DNA of 64,000 nucleotides from a virus: IMG/VR virus record IMGVR_UViG_3300001765_000030, positions 117,191-181,190 of that record; one strand, given 5' to 3'. Shown here in pieces: positions 40,701 to 50,724 of the stretch. The notes beneath the pieces were generated by a model, which was not told where the DNA came from, searched no databases, and was given only the letters and a program-made list of their open reading frames with translations. Each line of letters begins with the position of its first letter. Position 1 is the stretch's first letter. The position numbers and the translations under genes are program-made.

Positions 40701-40845
40701 GAACTTGACGAGTATTATCGACAATCTTTTCATTTCGTCGTATAAAATCCGGAGATAACCCTGTTAGTGCGGAGTTAACAATGTTAACTGCCTCTAACAA
40801 TTCATCCCCTTTTTGAGTAACGTCGGTGCTTTTAGTCTCAGCCAT
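37780..40845 (-). CDS. Probable portal protein
   Basis: 1021 aa; 'IIPELGKAVEIIVKDVI', 'HVIPI...HYGYYVVE', acidic Gly/Asp tail; jumbo-phage portal pattern. Confidence 0.7.
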   Translation of the reverse strand: MAETKSTDVTQKGDELLEAVNIVNSALTGLSPDFIRRNEKIVDNTRQVLADKLASSRHNDSIGVGKGSQVIEYVKIITSALRDEEKVNLLKGVKQSNVMTNPSGSHSIYDQELSDNTLDRLNDHSSVEELMAESANKFALMPEYGKIADIIPELGKAVEIIVKDVINRDEFSHRFITNFYEDDDDQRKTAIEGKIKDLLDEYDFESKIRRWLMVSEISGVKPFSVLPQDDVLFLLNHEIKKRKEGGAYTRENLIPYDVTNLISIESFKIKSPISHAYDSYDKFSTESFSSDIDKSETTRSVESEIDPYVDSIITDDLLDEYESVCLEEIRENFIESKINKMHDRASISKMATSMESFNEAISKPANRKTRSTELKKQLRELVVAFDRSVEVMDPKKGHLYQGAKTIKNTFYANKAHEIDKGIIEDFYRQNDSIKAAGNVADSKRAININGFEIELDIDPIKPDEYAKAIHNRRAILTEYEPEHVIPIANGGTHYGYYVVEYLRTSMDGFTGMKKDRGSFLDIVKRLGYGDDAAATRGGGVGGADGGNPFSSGVFSPSSVVSPVLNGNANGNIYGTTGQSNKKVELLKSVLIKTITKRLGDDSLIDNGTFQSALMNLIRDDVLFRNNIRFTFIPESHMVYMSRELDADGYPVSVFNGTLFTCYSYISSLVSSLMMKVMKSSNVEVMEINVGKSKEIGTTIGSIIRNSSTRNISARTLFGGTDSIVRSVGNFKTITIPVVDGEKLFDITNVEKVNDVEIDDEYTGDRLKSAVMKIGVPPSSLDMLSQDEYVASMTQHRIDFRNLIVDRGVNYSKFVTKAIKLLVNYSDIKFPSLDGAASDTVDKKVNQNEINIDIKKINFAFTPPKDLTVNKISEEISSTSALVDDIIKMYYGDDSHENKEWPILMMVTRKLLMKDLSSSTDWERIDRIIDEARALTPKVTAEFEKFNQPTIDGEDDSGSGDSDYGSDDDGGDDDSGGDFDFGGGDSGGDSDNGDDFGGDESSGGDNSGGDDPDSKPKDGEYF

Positions 40846-40854
40846 TTATATCTC

Positions 40855-42543
40855 CTAATATGTCATAGCATGTATAACATGTTGGGCTAATGTACCTAAT
40901 TTTCGAGTTGTTCCACCATCAATAGCAGTCATATTTCCGACATTGAAAATTTGAGTATTTGCATCAGCGTTAGCTTCTTTTGTAAATACTCCAATCATGG
41001 ATACCATATCTCCATCGAAGTCTCCTCCAAGAGCTGAAAGGAATGCTGGAAATATAACCAATGAGTCTGTAAACATTGATGTTACAACTTCAAAATCTTT
41101 TTTAGTATCGATGATTGGGAAGTTTGGATAAACTGTATCACCGATCATAATGGATCCAACTCTATTGTATGGAACAATATTCAATCCAGAAGGATATGTA
41201 TTGTTATGGTCTTCAATCGGATAACGCGTAATATACACATGTTTATTACGAACCTTATCGTATGCCGCCATATAAAAGAGATGGATAAGTCTCATTGTAA
41301 CAAGTTTAGTTTTCGCTTTAGCGATATCTTGTTCAATGTCAATATCCGCACCATCATTCACATAGAATTGGACAGTAACTTCTCCACCATCTTCCAATGG
41401 AAGTTTGAATGGATCAAGTCGATGTTCAGGAGCATCATGATACAATTCGATAAGATTGTATATGTATTGAGATGTAAGGACAACTTTCCAGTCGCTGGCA
41501 AGTTTAACTCGTTCAATTTTAAGACCAGAATTTACAGAATCTAATTTTTCAGTATCCATATCAGATACATCACGATTATGCATTTTCCCAAAATTTAAAA
41601 TTGAAGAATTTGTATCCTTATTTACAAATACATACTCTCCACCACTCATGTATTCTTCGATGATTTCTCGAATTCCGTTTACAATAAATGGTGCAAAACA
41701 TTTGATTACCGCGAATAATGGTACCATAGATTTATTGAAAGTTGCATCCATAAGATTTGGAGAATCAGCTTTCGATATATCTAAACATGAAATAACGAGA
41801 CGTGCAGAGTAGTCGATAGCTTTTCCCATAATATACTTATGGATAAACCCTTTTCTACCACCATACATCTTAATCATCATCTCATGAAAATCTACAAGTA
41901 TAGTATTCATTGTCCGATATGTATCTGAAACGTTATCAAATGTACCAAGAATATTTTCTGTAGATTTAATAGTTGATGCGAGATTCATCAAACTTATATA
42001 AATCGTATTGATTTCATTCTTCTTATCCCCGCTCATATCTACATCACGGTAGAATGGAGGAATTACAAGGATTTTATTCATGAATATCTGGGACTTGTCA
42101 AGAGACTTAATAAATCTCAAACGGTTAAATCTTACCCCAGAAGTTTGTCCAAGGTCATCAAATTTAAGTTTCTCCCAGTTATCAAACAAGAACCGAGCTC
42201 CAGTACCAGTTACAGCCCCAGCAGGAACAGCACCTTCAACCTTAACAAGGTCTCCATTCTTTATATAGTATTCGCCAACACCATTTATAAGATCCATAAA
42301 CTGACGTTTAATAGATTTTAATTCGAATTGACAATGAGGGTGTACAAATACATCATTAAGTTCAATGTATGCGAAATGTTTCTTTCGCTCAGCAGTTCCA
42401 GGATAACCGAATATCTCGTAGGAAGCTAGTCCTTCCGGATCTGGTTCACCTTCCCGTATAAAGATTTTAGATGATGTAACTTCAGTTAAGTTTTCACCTT
42501 TAATCATCTCTTCCGATACGGAGAATAAATCGTATGTTAACAT
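40855..42543 (-). CDS. rpoC: Phage RNA polymerase beta' N-terminal catalytic subunit (probably virion RNAP)
   Basis: AYIEL...VHP, VIPPFYRD, MGKAIDYSARLVI, ITRYP, GGDFDGD near the C-terminus. Confidence 0.92.
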   Translation of the reverse strand: MLTYDLFSVSEEMIKGENLTEVTSSKIFIREGEPDPEGLASYEIFGYPGTAERKKHFAYIELNDVFVHPHCQFELKSIKRQFMDLINGVGEYYIKNGDLVKVEGAVPAGAVTGTGARFLFDNWEKLKFDDLGQTSGVRFNRLRFIKSLDKSQIFMNKILVIPPFYRDVDMSGDKKNEINTIYISLMNLASTIKSTENILGTFDNVSDTYRTMNTILVDFHEMMIKMYGGRKGFIHKYIMGKAIDYSARLVISCLDISKADSPNLMDATFNKSMVPLFAVIKCFAPFIVNGIREIIEEYMSGGEYVFVNKDTNSSILNFGKMHNRDVSDMDTEKLDSVNSGLKIERVKLASDWKVVLTSQYIYNLIELYHDAPEHRLDPFKLPLEDGGEVTVQFYVNDGADIDIEQDIAKAKTKLVTMRLIHLFYMAAYDKVRNKHVYITRYPIEDHNNTYPSGLNIVPYNRVGSIMIGDTVYPNFPIIDTKKDFEVVTSMFTDSLVIFPAFLSALGGDFDGDMVSMIGVFTKEANADANTQIFNVGNMTAIDGGTTRKLGTLAQHVIHAMTY

Positions 42544-43361
42544 ACTGAAATTCCTTCATTAAATAATGTAACTTCAGAATTATGAGGACCTCGTCTATGC
42601 GAACCTAAGAAAAAAAGGACATTGTTGAAATAATTTGGATCAACCCCATTGTGTATATTGGGAGAAACAAGTGACAAGCCTTTTATTTTAGTATTTTCGA
42701 CATATTCGAAAGCCTTAATTAAATACTGAATCATTATAATGTCGTGATCTGTATTCGAGTTTAGTAGGTATTCGCACTCATCATTGTTAAATCTCTCAAG
42801 ATGATCGCAAGTTATAGTACCTTTAAATATCGTAAAGTGATCATTTTTAAGAGCATCTCCCCATTTTTCAATACCTTCAAAATTGTGTCTAAATACAATT
42901 TTTATAGTATGATACAGAGATTCGCATTTAACTATGACTTGAAACATTGTTGTTGCAGGCGAGTTTAAAAGTGTTTCAGCGTAATGCTCTTTATGGAATT
43001 CTCTAATAAATTCCTCAGTGAGATCTTTATCATAATAGACTTTAAAGTAGTTCTGTATAAACGTGATATAATGACTATTTTTAAATCCTCTGTAGAAGAA
43101 CTCTTCCACATTGTAGTCTTTATTTTCTATGTCATCGAAGTGATCTATAAGAAGTTCTAATAGACCAAGAGTTGTGAATTGAACGATATCATCATAAAAG
43201 ATGGTCAGGTTATTACTCATTTTTTCAGTAGGCTTAAAATTCTTTTCATATTCTCTAACTTGTTTCATGGTTATTGAATCATTATGGAATGTAACCTTAT
43301 CTTCATCATGTAAGTAATTTTCAAATAGGTCTATACCTTTAACACGTTTTCCGCCAAACAT
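42537..43361 (-). CDS. Hypothetical protein (possible HAD-like fold)
   Basis: ORF track; weak 'IFYDDIV' motif. Confidence 0.65.
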   Translation of the reverse strand: MFGGKRVKGIDLFENYLHDEDKVTFHNDSITMKQVREYEKNFKPTEKMSNNLTIFYDDIVQFTTLGLLELLIDHFDDIENKDYNVEEFFYRGFKNSHYITFIQNYFKVYYDKDLTEEFIREFHKEHYAETLLNSPATTMFQVIVKCESLYHTIKIVFRHNFEGIEKWGDALKNDHFTIFKGTITCDHLERFNNDECEYLLNSNTDHDIIMIQYLIKAFEYVENTKIKGLSLVSPNIHNGVDPNYFNNVLFFLGSHRRGPHNSEVTLFNEGISVC

Positions 43362-43384
43362 AATTCACTCCAATAAAAAAAGAA

Positions 43385-43408
43385 GATAGGAGGTTTAAAC
43401 CTCCTATC
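43385..43408 (-). terminator. Intrinsic terminator
   Basis: GATAGGAGG/CCTCCTATC plus U-tract on -. Confidence 0.75.
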
Positions 43409-43418
43409 CACAACTTAA

Positions 43419-44147
43419 TTAAAAGTCTTCATCATCAAATATCGGGGAATTCAAAAATGCATCATCATCATTTTTAGGAGCAGAAGGTCTATGAGACTGA
43501 CCACCACCTGAATTTCCACCGCGGTTATATGAAGAAGATTGTCCTTTTGAGCCGCCACCATTACTGTTTCCAACGACTGCATTGAAAAGTTTATTGAATG
43601 CGCCCTGAGTCCATGAGAAGTTTGTCCAGTTATTAATATCTGTACAGAATCTCAGGAAGTTCGTGTCACCAAGATCAAAGTCAACGGTCCCGCCAGTGAT
43701 TGCATTTGCAAGATTTTTGTCGTAGAATGTAACGTAGTTTGTAGTCTCATTACGAGTTACAGTCATACGAACACGACGAACGCCATCAATTTCAACAGTG
43801 TCAAATTTGATAATTGCAAATACCATATACTGATTGTTAACGAATCCGTCAACAGTAATTCCAAGATTACTAATTTCAGGATAAGCTGCAACGCCGCCTG
43901 AACGGAATGCTGCAACACGTGCTTGGAGAATTCCGCCAACCACACGGTTAAGAACTGATACATGAGCGATATTCAGTGAAACACTGTTGTCGCGATTTTC
44001 GCCAGATTTCTGACCTTTTTGCCAGAACTTCATATTCAAACGTCCAGCATACGCTGACATATTGAATCCAGTGGATCCATCCTCCGAGAAGAATCCGTTT
44101 TCAAGATTAACACCCATTGTAAGGGGTTTGTCGAATTGCTGAGCCAT
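43419..44147 (-). CDS. Probable single-stranded DNA-binding protein
   Basis: Beta-rich N-terminus, Gly/Ser linker, acidic-aromatic tail DDDAFLNSPIFDDEDF; next to DNA polymerase. Confidence 0.6.
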   Translation of the reverse strand: MAQQFDKPLTMGVNLENGFFSEDGSTGFNMSAYAGRLNMKFWQKGQKSGENRDNSVSLNIAHVSVLNRVVGGILQARVAAFRSGGVAAYPEISNLGITVDGFVNNQYMVFAIIKFDTVEIDGVRRVRMTVTRNETTNYVTFYDKNLANAITGGTVDFDLGDTNFLRFCTDINNWTNFSWTQGAFNKLFNAVVGNSNGGGSKGQSSSYNRGGNSGGGQSHRPSAPKNDDDAFLNSPIFDDEDF

Positions 44148-44162
44148 GTCAACCTCTCTCTT

Positions 44163-45407
44163 TTAAAGCATTGTTATTGGTTCTTTAACACTCGTACTAA
44201 ACGTTGTCAGTGAGTTAAGTATATCGAATACAGATGAACTATATTTGATAGTCTTTAATTTCTCCAACATTCTATGATTTTCTTTGAAACTGATAACTAA
44301 ATCATACTTGAGATCTGTAATTCTACCTACAATGATAGATTCTCCATGATAATCGGATATTTCATCTAATGCATTGAGTAGTATCGATTCTTCAATAAAC
44401 TCATGTATAAAATTCTTAGCAAAATCTTTCGGAGCAGGACTCCATGAAAAAGTTAACGATGGTACCGTTATAATTTTCCTATCAGAATCATATATAAAAT
44501 CCATAGAGCTAACTTGATATAAGTTAAACAATCTAAAGATCTTAGAGAATAATTCATCAACCATGGATCTCAATGTTCCACATGCTGCAAACAATGGTAC
44601 TTTTTCATCTATCTTCAGATGATTATAATCTTCTCCATTAGGTCCATAATACAACACTCTAGCATTACCATCTCCATCATAAAGGTAATCTCTAGCATGC
44701 TGCGGATCTCTAACTTTGAACTTCAAAACACTAACTTTAGTATACTCATCACAAATATCTTCAACTTGAAGTCTTTTGTTATAGGTGATTATCGGATTGT
44801 CCCCGTTAACCTCGCTATGCAATCTAGAGTAATACTGTGGGAAAGGGAGTGGTAGAACTGTAGTATAGTTCGAACCATCGAAACTTACCTCAACTTTTGA
44901 TAATAATTCGCCATGCTCAATATTAACATGGTGTCTGGAGTTCATAATTGCAAATTGTAGATCTTGCATATTCATGACGCTCGCGCCAAATGGAGAATGA
45001 TGATCAAACTCTGAATGAGCCGACCACAAACCCATATGACTAGTATATGCATTTATGAGTTTTATCTTAGCCTTAGAGATAAGAGATGGTGAGATTTTAA
45101 GCTCACCATCTTTAATATCTTCATAAGGAATGATTATATACCCATTATACACAGTTTTCGCAAGAACCTCTTCAGGATTATACGACGTATCTTGGTGATA
45201 TCTACCATCAAGATATGCAAGATTTATAATCGTGCATTTAATCGTATGCAAACCTTCATATGCGCTACGTTTAAAATCGAGATCCCCATGTATCAATATA
45301 TTCCGTTTACACGAAATAATATCTGGAGCATTTCTAAACTTGGACTTGTACAGATCTACAAGAACCTCGTCATAGATATACTCATCTTTGACTATTGGAA
45401 TATACAC
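44163..45407 (-). CDS. Hypothetical protein
   Basis: GTG start, SD GGAGG, early-type promoter. Confidence 0.75.
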   Translation of the reverse strand: MYIPIVKDEYIYDEVLVDLYKSKFRNAPDIISCKRNILIHGDLDFKRSAYEGLHTIKCTIINLAYLDGRYHQDTSYNPEEVLAKTVYNGYIIIPYEDIKDGELKISPSLISKAKIKLINAYTSHMGLWSAHSEFDHHSPFGASVMNMQDLQFAIMNSRHHVNIEHGELLSKVEVSFDGSNYTTVLPLPFPQYYSRLHSEVNGDNPIITYNKRLQVEDICDEYTKVSVLKFKVRDPQHARDYLYDGDGNARVLYYGPNGEDYNHLKIDEKVPLFAACGTLRSMVDELFSKIFRLFNLYQVSSMDFIYDSDRKIITVPSLTFSWSPAPKDFAKNFIHEFIEESILLNALDEISDYHGESIIVGRITDLKYDLVISFKENHRMLEKLKTIKYSSSVFDILNSLTTFSTSVKEPITML

Positions 45408-45444
45408 GAAACTACCTCCGATGGTTTCTTTAAATAGTCTATTT

Positions 45445-45464
45445 CCTAATCTAATATATAGTTT
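45445..45464 (-). promoter_or_regulatory. Early-type promoter variant
   Basis: AAACTATATATTAGATTAGG. Confidence 0.5.
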
Positions 45465-45467
45465 AAA

Positions 45468-47522
45468 CTACAATTTGATTAAAGGAGATATATGATCACG
45501 GTTAGATTTTATACGATTAGCGAATACTCCAATACTTGGCAGAAGAGCTGTCATTGAGTTTACATGTTTCTCAACGAGCTTATTAACGTCAACGATAGGA
45601 GTTAACCATTCAGGATACTTCAAATCTCCGTCAGGAATAGCAATAGTTCTCAAACCATATCTAGAAATATTAGCATCTCTAGGTTTAAGAAAGATCGATT
45701 GTCTAATCTTTTCTCTCATAACAGGATCTTTGATCAAAAAGAGTTTATCTTCACTTTCAAGTATAGTATTGTATACATACACTTTATTGTAATTCTCAAT
45801 CTTCTTATCAGGATACAGTGAGTTCCATACTTCAACTCCACGAATAACCGCATCAGACATCGCATCTTCTCGGTTAAAACTATTCTTGAAAGAACTGAAT
45901 GAACCGAATGTCGCATTTCTATCAACCAATACTTTATGTCGTATATCAGCTTCAAGTTGATATACTCGTTTCATAATACCAGTGATAGAAACATCTTTAA
46001 CCTTATGGATCTCGTCAGAGATTATAGATTTAAGAGTTTTCGCAACAAATGGATTAATGTTAGATCCAGTGAGAGCCAAACCTGTATTAGAGATTTTGTT
46101 TACAATCGCACCTTCTCTTAAACGAACCCATGCAGAGTAATTCTTCTTGATATTTGGATAAAGAAGAAGACTCTTAAAGAAGAATTCATTTTTGATATCG
46201 ATTCGACTACGATATTCAATAGGCACGTAACAATGACGAGCCATATTTCTACCCATATAGTTAAGAACTTCCGTAAGTACGTAACTCATAAGGTTTGTTG
46301 ATCTAAATATCGCATCTTCGTCATAGAATGTATCGAATTGTACAGTTCCAAATGAACTAACAAACTCATTCCATTCATCCAATCTAACCATTACAGAGTC
46401 TGTATCAGAGATTGGGATGATATATCTTCCACGAGTTTGATACTTATCTACACGATCGTATGTTGGTATAGGAGCAACCAGGAATTGTACAAATATCTTA
46501 ATCATCTCATCGAGAGGTTCGATATACACAGATGATTCACCATCTCTCATCTTCTTGAGATCAGGAGTATTGAATTCCTTCTTAGATTCCATAATCCAGT
46601 TAATGATACCCATAACTTTAGGATTGTGTCTAAAGAACTCATAGATATTGTATTTGTAATAGAAGTTGATCGATTTAATAGGATCTTTAGAGATATTTTT
46701 CAACATCAAGAATAAAGATTTATTGTTATCAACATCGCTCTTCTCTACTTCTGGAACGTGTTCGAGCATCTGTTTAAGGCGTGTGGTAAGCATTTTAAAA
46801 GTAGGAACTTTTATATTATACTTCCGAACCATAGACATATTTAGATTAATGTTTGTAATTTCATTCACAAACGAATAGAATTCATTAAGATTCTTGAAAC
46901 AAAGGTTACTTCCAAGAAGTTTCTCGAGAGACCATAACATTTCTGAAATGAGTTCTCTAGCTTGAGAAGTAATCATAGATGCTGAGTCTGGAGAGTATAA
47001 AATATAACCTTTCATCACACTTACACCATAAGATGAGTTGATGAATTCTTTCTTTGTATTCTGAAAGTTGTCATATTTCATAGCATCAGCCATGTTACCG
47101 GCTTCTTCAAACCCAATTGCCATGTGTTTTAGTTTCTTACGGTCAGCAAGCCATTTAATAAGAAGTTCTGACATCTCAGAAATCTTAACAGACTGATTAA
47201 CCGTATAAGTACCATTTGCTCCGATAATAAGCTTATTATCTTGAACCATGATTGGAATGTTGTTTAGAGGAATCGTCCATTGACGTTCTTCATAAATGTT
47301 TCGCATTCGTGCAATAGGATTATGAGATTTAGCTATAACATTATCGAGAAAATCTGAGAGTTTGTCGAGATTTACACCATCTTGACCATATGTGGTGATA
47401 ACAGTCTGCATCATCTTAAGTTTCCAGAAATCTTTCAATGTCATACCTGCTGATTGAGGTAAAACATTTTCGATATCTCGAATGTTAAATTCTTCATCTG
47501 TGGTCGGAATTAAACCTATCAT
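45468..47522 (-). CDS. Family B DNA polymerase, catalytic part (split jumbo-phage type)
   Basis: KEFINSSYGV (motif B), ISDTDSVM (motif C); no exonuclease domain evident. Confidence 0.85.
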   Translation of the reverse strand: MIGLIPTTDEEFNIRDIENVLPQSAGMTLKDFWKLKMMQTVITTYGQDGVNLDKLSDFLDNVIAKSHNPIARMRNIYEERQWTIPLNNIPIMVQDNKLIIGANGTYTVNQSVKISEMSELLIKWLADRKKLKHMAIGFEEAGNMADAMKYDNFQNTKKEFINSSYGVSVMKGYILYSPDSASMITSQARELISEMLWSLEKLLGSNLCFKNLNEFYSFVNEITNINLNMSMVRKYNIKVPTFKMLTTRLKQMLEHVPEVEKSDVDNNKSLFLMLKNISKDPIKSINFYYKYNIYEFFRHNPKVMGIINWIMESKKEFNTPDLKKMRDGESSVYIEPLDEMIKIFVQFLVAPIPTYDRVDKYQTRGRYIIPISDTDSVMVRLDEWNEFVSSFGTVQFDTFYDEDAIFRSTNLMSYVLTEVLNYMGRNMARHCYVPIEYRSRIDIKNEFFFKSLLLYPNIKKNYSAWVRLREGAIVNKISNTGLALTGSNINPFVAKTLKSIISDEIHKVKDVSITGIMKRVYQLEADIRHKVLVDRNATFGSFSSFKNSFNREDAMSDAVIRGVEVWNSLYPDKKIENYNKVYVYNTILESEDKLFLIKDPVMREKIRQSIFLKPRDANISRYGLRTIAIPDGDLKYPEWLTPIVDVNKLVEKHVNSMTALLPSIGVFANRIKSNRDHISPLIKL

Positions 47523-47542
47523 CTTTTCTTCTCCCCATTAAT

Positions 47543-47557
47543 TACATTATAGTGTTT
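47543..47557 (-). promoter_or_regulatory. Late-type promoter
   Basis: AAACACTATAATGTA. Confidence 0.7.
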
Positions 47558-47588
47558 GAGCGAATATGATATTATAAAAGCCTAAATA

Positions 47589-47608
47589 GAATATATATTT
47601 AATTATGG
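47589..47608 (+). promoter_or_regulatory. Early-type promoter
   Basis: GAATATATATTTAATTATGG. Confidence 0.7.
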
Positions 47609-47666
47609 TAATAGAGATATTATACGAGTGTATGATATCTAAAAAAATAAATTAAAGGAGCTATGT

Positions 47667-48188
47667 ATGGCACTTAAAGCTTTCACAAAAACGTATTCTA
47701 GAAAAGGAATTTACTTCCAGAGCCTATTTGTAGAATTTGACAGAATAATGTATTATCCCGATGAAGATAACTCTAAACTTAACAGACGCTTCAATTTCAT
47801 TGAAAAATGGATGCCATCATTGAACAAACTAATCTGTCCTTGGTATGAAAGGTCTAAGAAATCATTCACGGATGGAGAATGTGATGGTTATTATGTGAGA
47901 ACTGTACGGTTTCCTATCACATTCAAAAGAACTTACCGGGAACTTGAAGGATATGATACTGATGCGAACTTCAAAATTCACTCAATTGGTTATGAAGATA
48001 ACTATAATGAGTGTAGCGGAAAATGTGTAAGGGAAGTTACAAATATTAAAATTGATCACAAGAAATATAAAATCTCTACAAATGGTAGTTTTAAATATAC
48101 ATATTCTCACAAAATTGAAGAAACCTTTTACAGAAATATTGATGGAATTGTAAAATTTAAAAATGCAATTAATGTTTCGGAGCTATAA
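47667..48188 (+). CDS. Hypothetical early protein
   Basis: AAGGAG SD; consensus early-type promoter at 47589-47608. Confidence 0.75.
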   Translation: MALKAFTKTYSRKGIYFQSLFVEFDRIMYYPDEDNSKLNRRFNFIEKWMPSLNKLICPWYERSKKSFTDGECDGYYVRTVRFPITFKRTYRELEGYDTDANFKIHSIGYEDNYNECSGKCVREVTNIKIDHKKYKISTNGSFKYTYSHKIEETFYRNIDGIVKFKNAINVSEL

Positions 48189-48518
48189 ATGAAACTTGAA
48201 GTATTTGAAAACACTGGACTTTATGGGAATCAGTATAAAATTGGAGGTGTATTATATAATAACACCGATATAATTCTTCCTGAAATATTCTCTGAAGGTC
48301 CTGATAAGCCGCATTGGGTAAAACCTTTTACACAGCCATGGCAGAATGATCCAGAATATGTTGAAGCAGTATGTCGTGGAAATGGATGGAGTGCTGCAGT
48401 ATTTGTTGAGATTGCAGTTATCAAAGAAGAACTTGATAAAGCTGGTTATAAGCTTGTGGATCGTCTTGAAGGGGATGAATGGTGGGACCATCCATGGTGG
48501 ATGGCTATTAAGAAATAA
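48189..48518 (+). CDS. Hypothetical protein
   Basis: Abuts upstream stop; followed by terminator. Confidence 0.75.
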   Translation: MKLEVFENTGLYGNQYKIGGVLYNNTDIILPEIFSEGPDKPHWVKPFTQPWQNDPEYVEAVCRGNGWSAAVFVEIAVIKEELDKAGYKLVDRLEGDEWWDHPWWMAIKK

Positions 48519-48521
48519 ATT

Positions 48522-48548
48522 AAGAGAGGGAGTGATCCCTCTTTTTTT
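48522..48548 (+). terminator. Intrinsic terminator
   Basis: AGAGGGA/TCCCTCT plus T-run. Confidence 0.75.
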
Positions 48549-48624
48549 CTATGGTTCTGTAATAACGATTTATTCTTGTATATATTAAGTACTGGTAAAC
48601 AGGAATATATCGAAAGGATTTCAA

Positions 48625-49221
48625 ATGAAAGAAGTAATTATTCTAGACCCACTACGCATCAAACGCGTGCGGTCAAAAGTTATCGCCAGAGAAAGTTCAA
48701 ACGCTTTCACTGGAGGTTTAGCATCAACGACCATCGCGATGATGGTCGGACTTATGAATCCCGAAGTAATCGGGATGATATCAAGTATGGGAAGAGTGTT
48801 CCCATTATTTGACGGTCTGGCCATCATGATACCTGCACGTACATCTGAAAAGGTCGGGATAACATTTCACATTATATCAATAATGTGGATGTTCTTGGGA
48901 GATGCGGACCCAAGAGTATTTGGATTAATTTCTGCGATACTCTCGGGAATAAATTCCCTTACAAGACTCTCTTACGACGAATTTGTAAGAGACCTGTTAG
49001 TAAGAAACTCAACTCCGAAAGAGTCGAAGAAACACAAAGCGGTAAGGAACTCAACTAAAGCATTATGCGCTTTAGTCGGAATCGGACTGTCAGTGATTCT
49101 GGCTGGTAAACTCGATTGGAAAAATGCATTTTATGTTATAGGATGTGTTGAAATTATACATCTAGCAATAAAGCTACAACTCAACATTGAACTTCGAGAT
49201 GTTGAAGTTCATAACGGGTAA
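48625..49221 (+). CDS. Multi-pass membrane protein
   Basis: Several hydrophobic segments. Confidence 0.65.
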   Translation: MKEVIILDPLRIKRVRSKVIARESSNAFTGGLASTTIAMMVGLMNPEVIGMISSMGRVFPLFDGLAIMIPARTSEKVGITFHIISIMWMFLGDADPRVFGLISAILSGINSLTRLSYDEFVRDLLVRNSTPKESKKHKAVRNSTKALCALVGIGLSVILAGKLDWKNAFYVIGCVEIIHLAIKLQLNIELRDVEVHNG

Positions 49222-49273
49222 AAAAGAGTGGTTTATACCGCTCTTTTTTTTCTATGATTCTACAAATTTTCCA

Positions 49274-49288
49274 AAACATATTAATGTG
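49274..49288 (+). promoter_or_regulatory. Late-type promoter
   Basis: AAACATATTAATGTG. Confidence 0.65.
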
Positions 49289-49322
49289 TAATTATAATAA
49301 TTCATCTCTTAAGGAGAATTTC

Positions 49323-49823
49323 ATGACTAAACAGATGGAAATGACAGCGGTTCTTTTGAAGCTCGCTCCAACAATGCTCTCTACCGAATCTGACGTTCAA
49401 GCTCTTGTAATGGCGGATGCTATCGATTTTGAAACTGGAATGCAGCTTCAGGATTCTATTGCGAATAGAAAATCTAACGAAAATGAAGATCTTGACGTTA
49501 ATGCTCCTGAAAAAGAAGTTGTTCCTGCAAAAGCTGCTGGTGCTGTACTTTTTGAAGGATCTGAAACTTTCAAAGCTCCAGATGCTGCAACCGCAGTTGT
49601 AATTAAAGCAACTCTCAATGCTGCTGGTAAAGAACAGGCTGATGCGATTCTTAATCTTATCGACAAACTCAATGTTGAATTCCAAGGTGCATACAACAAA
49701 AATCGTGCGGAAATCTTCCGTTCTATTAAACAAGTTGTTGAAATTACTGGACCAGACAATGCTGTTGCGAAAGATATCGCGGATGTATTGAAAAAAGAAA
49801 ATCTTCTTTTTATCAACAAATAA
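49323..49823 (+). CDS. Hypothetical protein
   Basis: AAGGAG SD; late-type promoter 49274-49288. Confidence 0.75.
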   Translation: MTKQMEMTAVLLKLAPTMLSTESDVQALVMADAIDFETGMQLQDSIANRKSNENEDLDVNAPEKEVVPAKAAGAVLFEGSETFKAPDAATAVVIKATLNAAGKEQADAILNLIDKLNVEFQGAYNKNRAEIFRSIKQVVEITGPDNAVAKDIADVLKKENLLFINK

Positions 49824-49830
49824 AAGATAA

Positions 49831-49853
49831 GTAGTGGGGTTATTCCCCACTAC
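49831..49853. terminator. Bidirectional hairpin between convergent genes
   Basis: GTAGTGGGG/CCCCACTAC. Confidence 0.8.
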
Positions 49854-49863
49854 TTTCTTTACC

Positions 49864-50724
49864 TTAAAAGGAATTCGTGAATCGTTCTATTTCGGATTTA
49901 AGAGATAAATACTCAGTAGAACCAACCACTAACGTGCCGTTCTCAATTCCGGTAAGGAGTTGTGTAAGCTTTCCACGCATAGTTACAATCTGTTCGACAC
50001 CATCTTCATACTTACCTTTAACGATATCAATCTGTTCAAGATGCGATTCGATAAGATAATTATTATCTTCGAGTTCTTTCTTAGTTACAGCAATTTGATT
50101 TCTCAAGCTGACAGTATCCTTAAGCTCTCGGTTATGTCTAGATCTATTGTATATAGCAGCTTTCTTAGCAAGTTCAAATGAACTACGACGATTCTCATCA
50201 TAAGCTTTGTAATCAGTTAAAAGCATAAGCTTTTTAACTTCTTTCACTCCAACGCTTACATTTGCATCACCAAACTCTTCAATCTCTTTCAAACTGAAAG
50301 ATAAATGATCTGCAAGATTCTCTTGAAACTTTCCACGGTTATAAGCATTCTCATCAAAGAATACTAAACCGTTAATTGTCACACCGAGATCATCACATTC
50401 AAGAAGTTCTTCAGTCGCAGAAAAGTCTACAATAGCCTTAGGTATAAGTACAAATCCTGTAGAAACTTCAACAGGATCGCGATATTTTACAATTTCGCAT
50501 ACATATATTTCAGGCTGCTGATTCATCATACTAACGTATGTAGATATTCCCATATTGTATGCTGCAAAGAATTCGGAATAGATTGAATCTACCCCGAATT
50601 TACTAGCCTCAGAATATGTTGTAACAGATGTTACACGAATATCTTTAATATCATGATCAGTCCAAGGCATATTATACTTTACAGAATAATATTTACCTAT
50701 TCTAAATGATTTGTTCTGGACCAT
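49864..50724 (-). CDS. Probable virion protein with C-terminal coiled coil
   Basis: Third gene of a late-promoter operon. Confidence 0.6.
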   Translation of the reverse strand: MVQNKSFRIGKYYSVKYNMPWTDHDIKDIRVTSVTTYSEASKFGVDSIYSEFFAAYNMGISTYVSMMNQQPEIYVCEIVKYRDPVEVSTGFVLIPKAIVDFSATEELLECDDLGVTINGLVFFDENAYNRGKFQENLADHLSFSLKEIEEFGDANVSVGVKEVKKLMLLTDYKAYDENRRSSFELAKKAAIYNRSRHNRELKDTVSLRNQIAVTKKELEDNNYLIESHLEQIDIVKGKYEDGVEQIVTMRGKLTQLLTGIENGTLVVGSTEYLSLKSEIERFTNSF

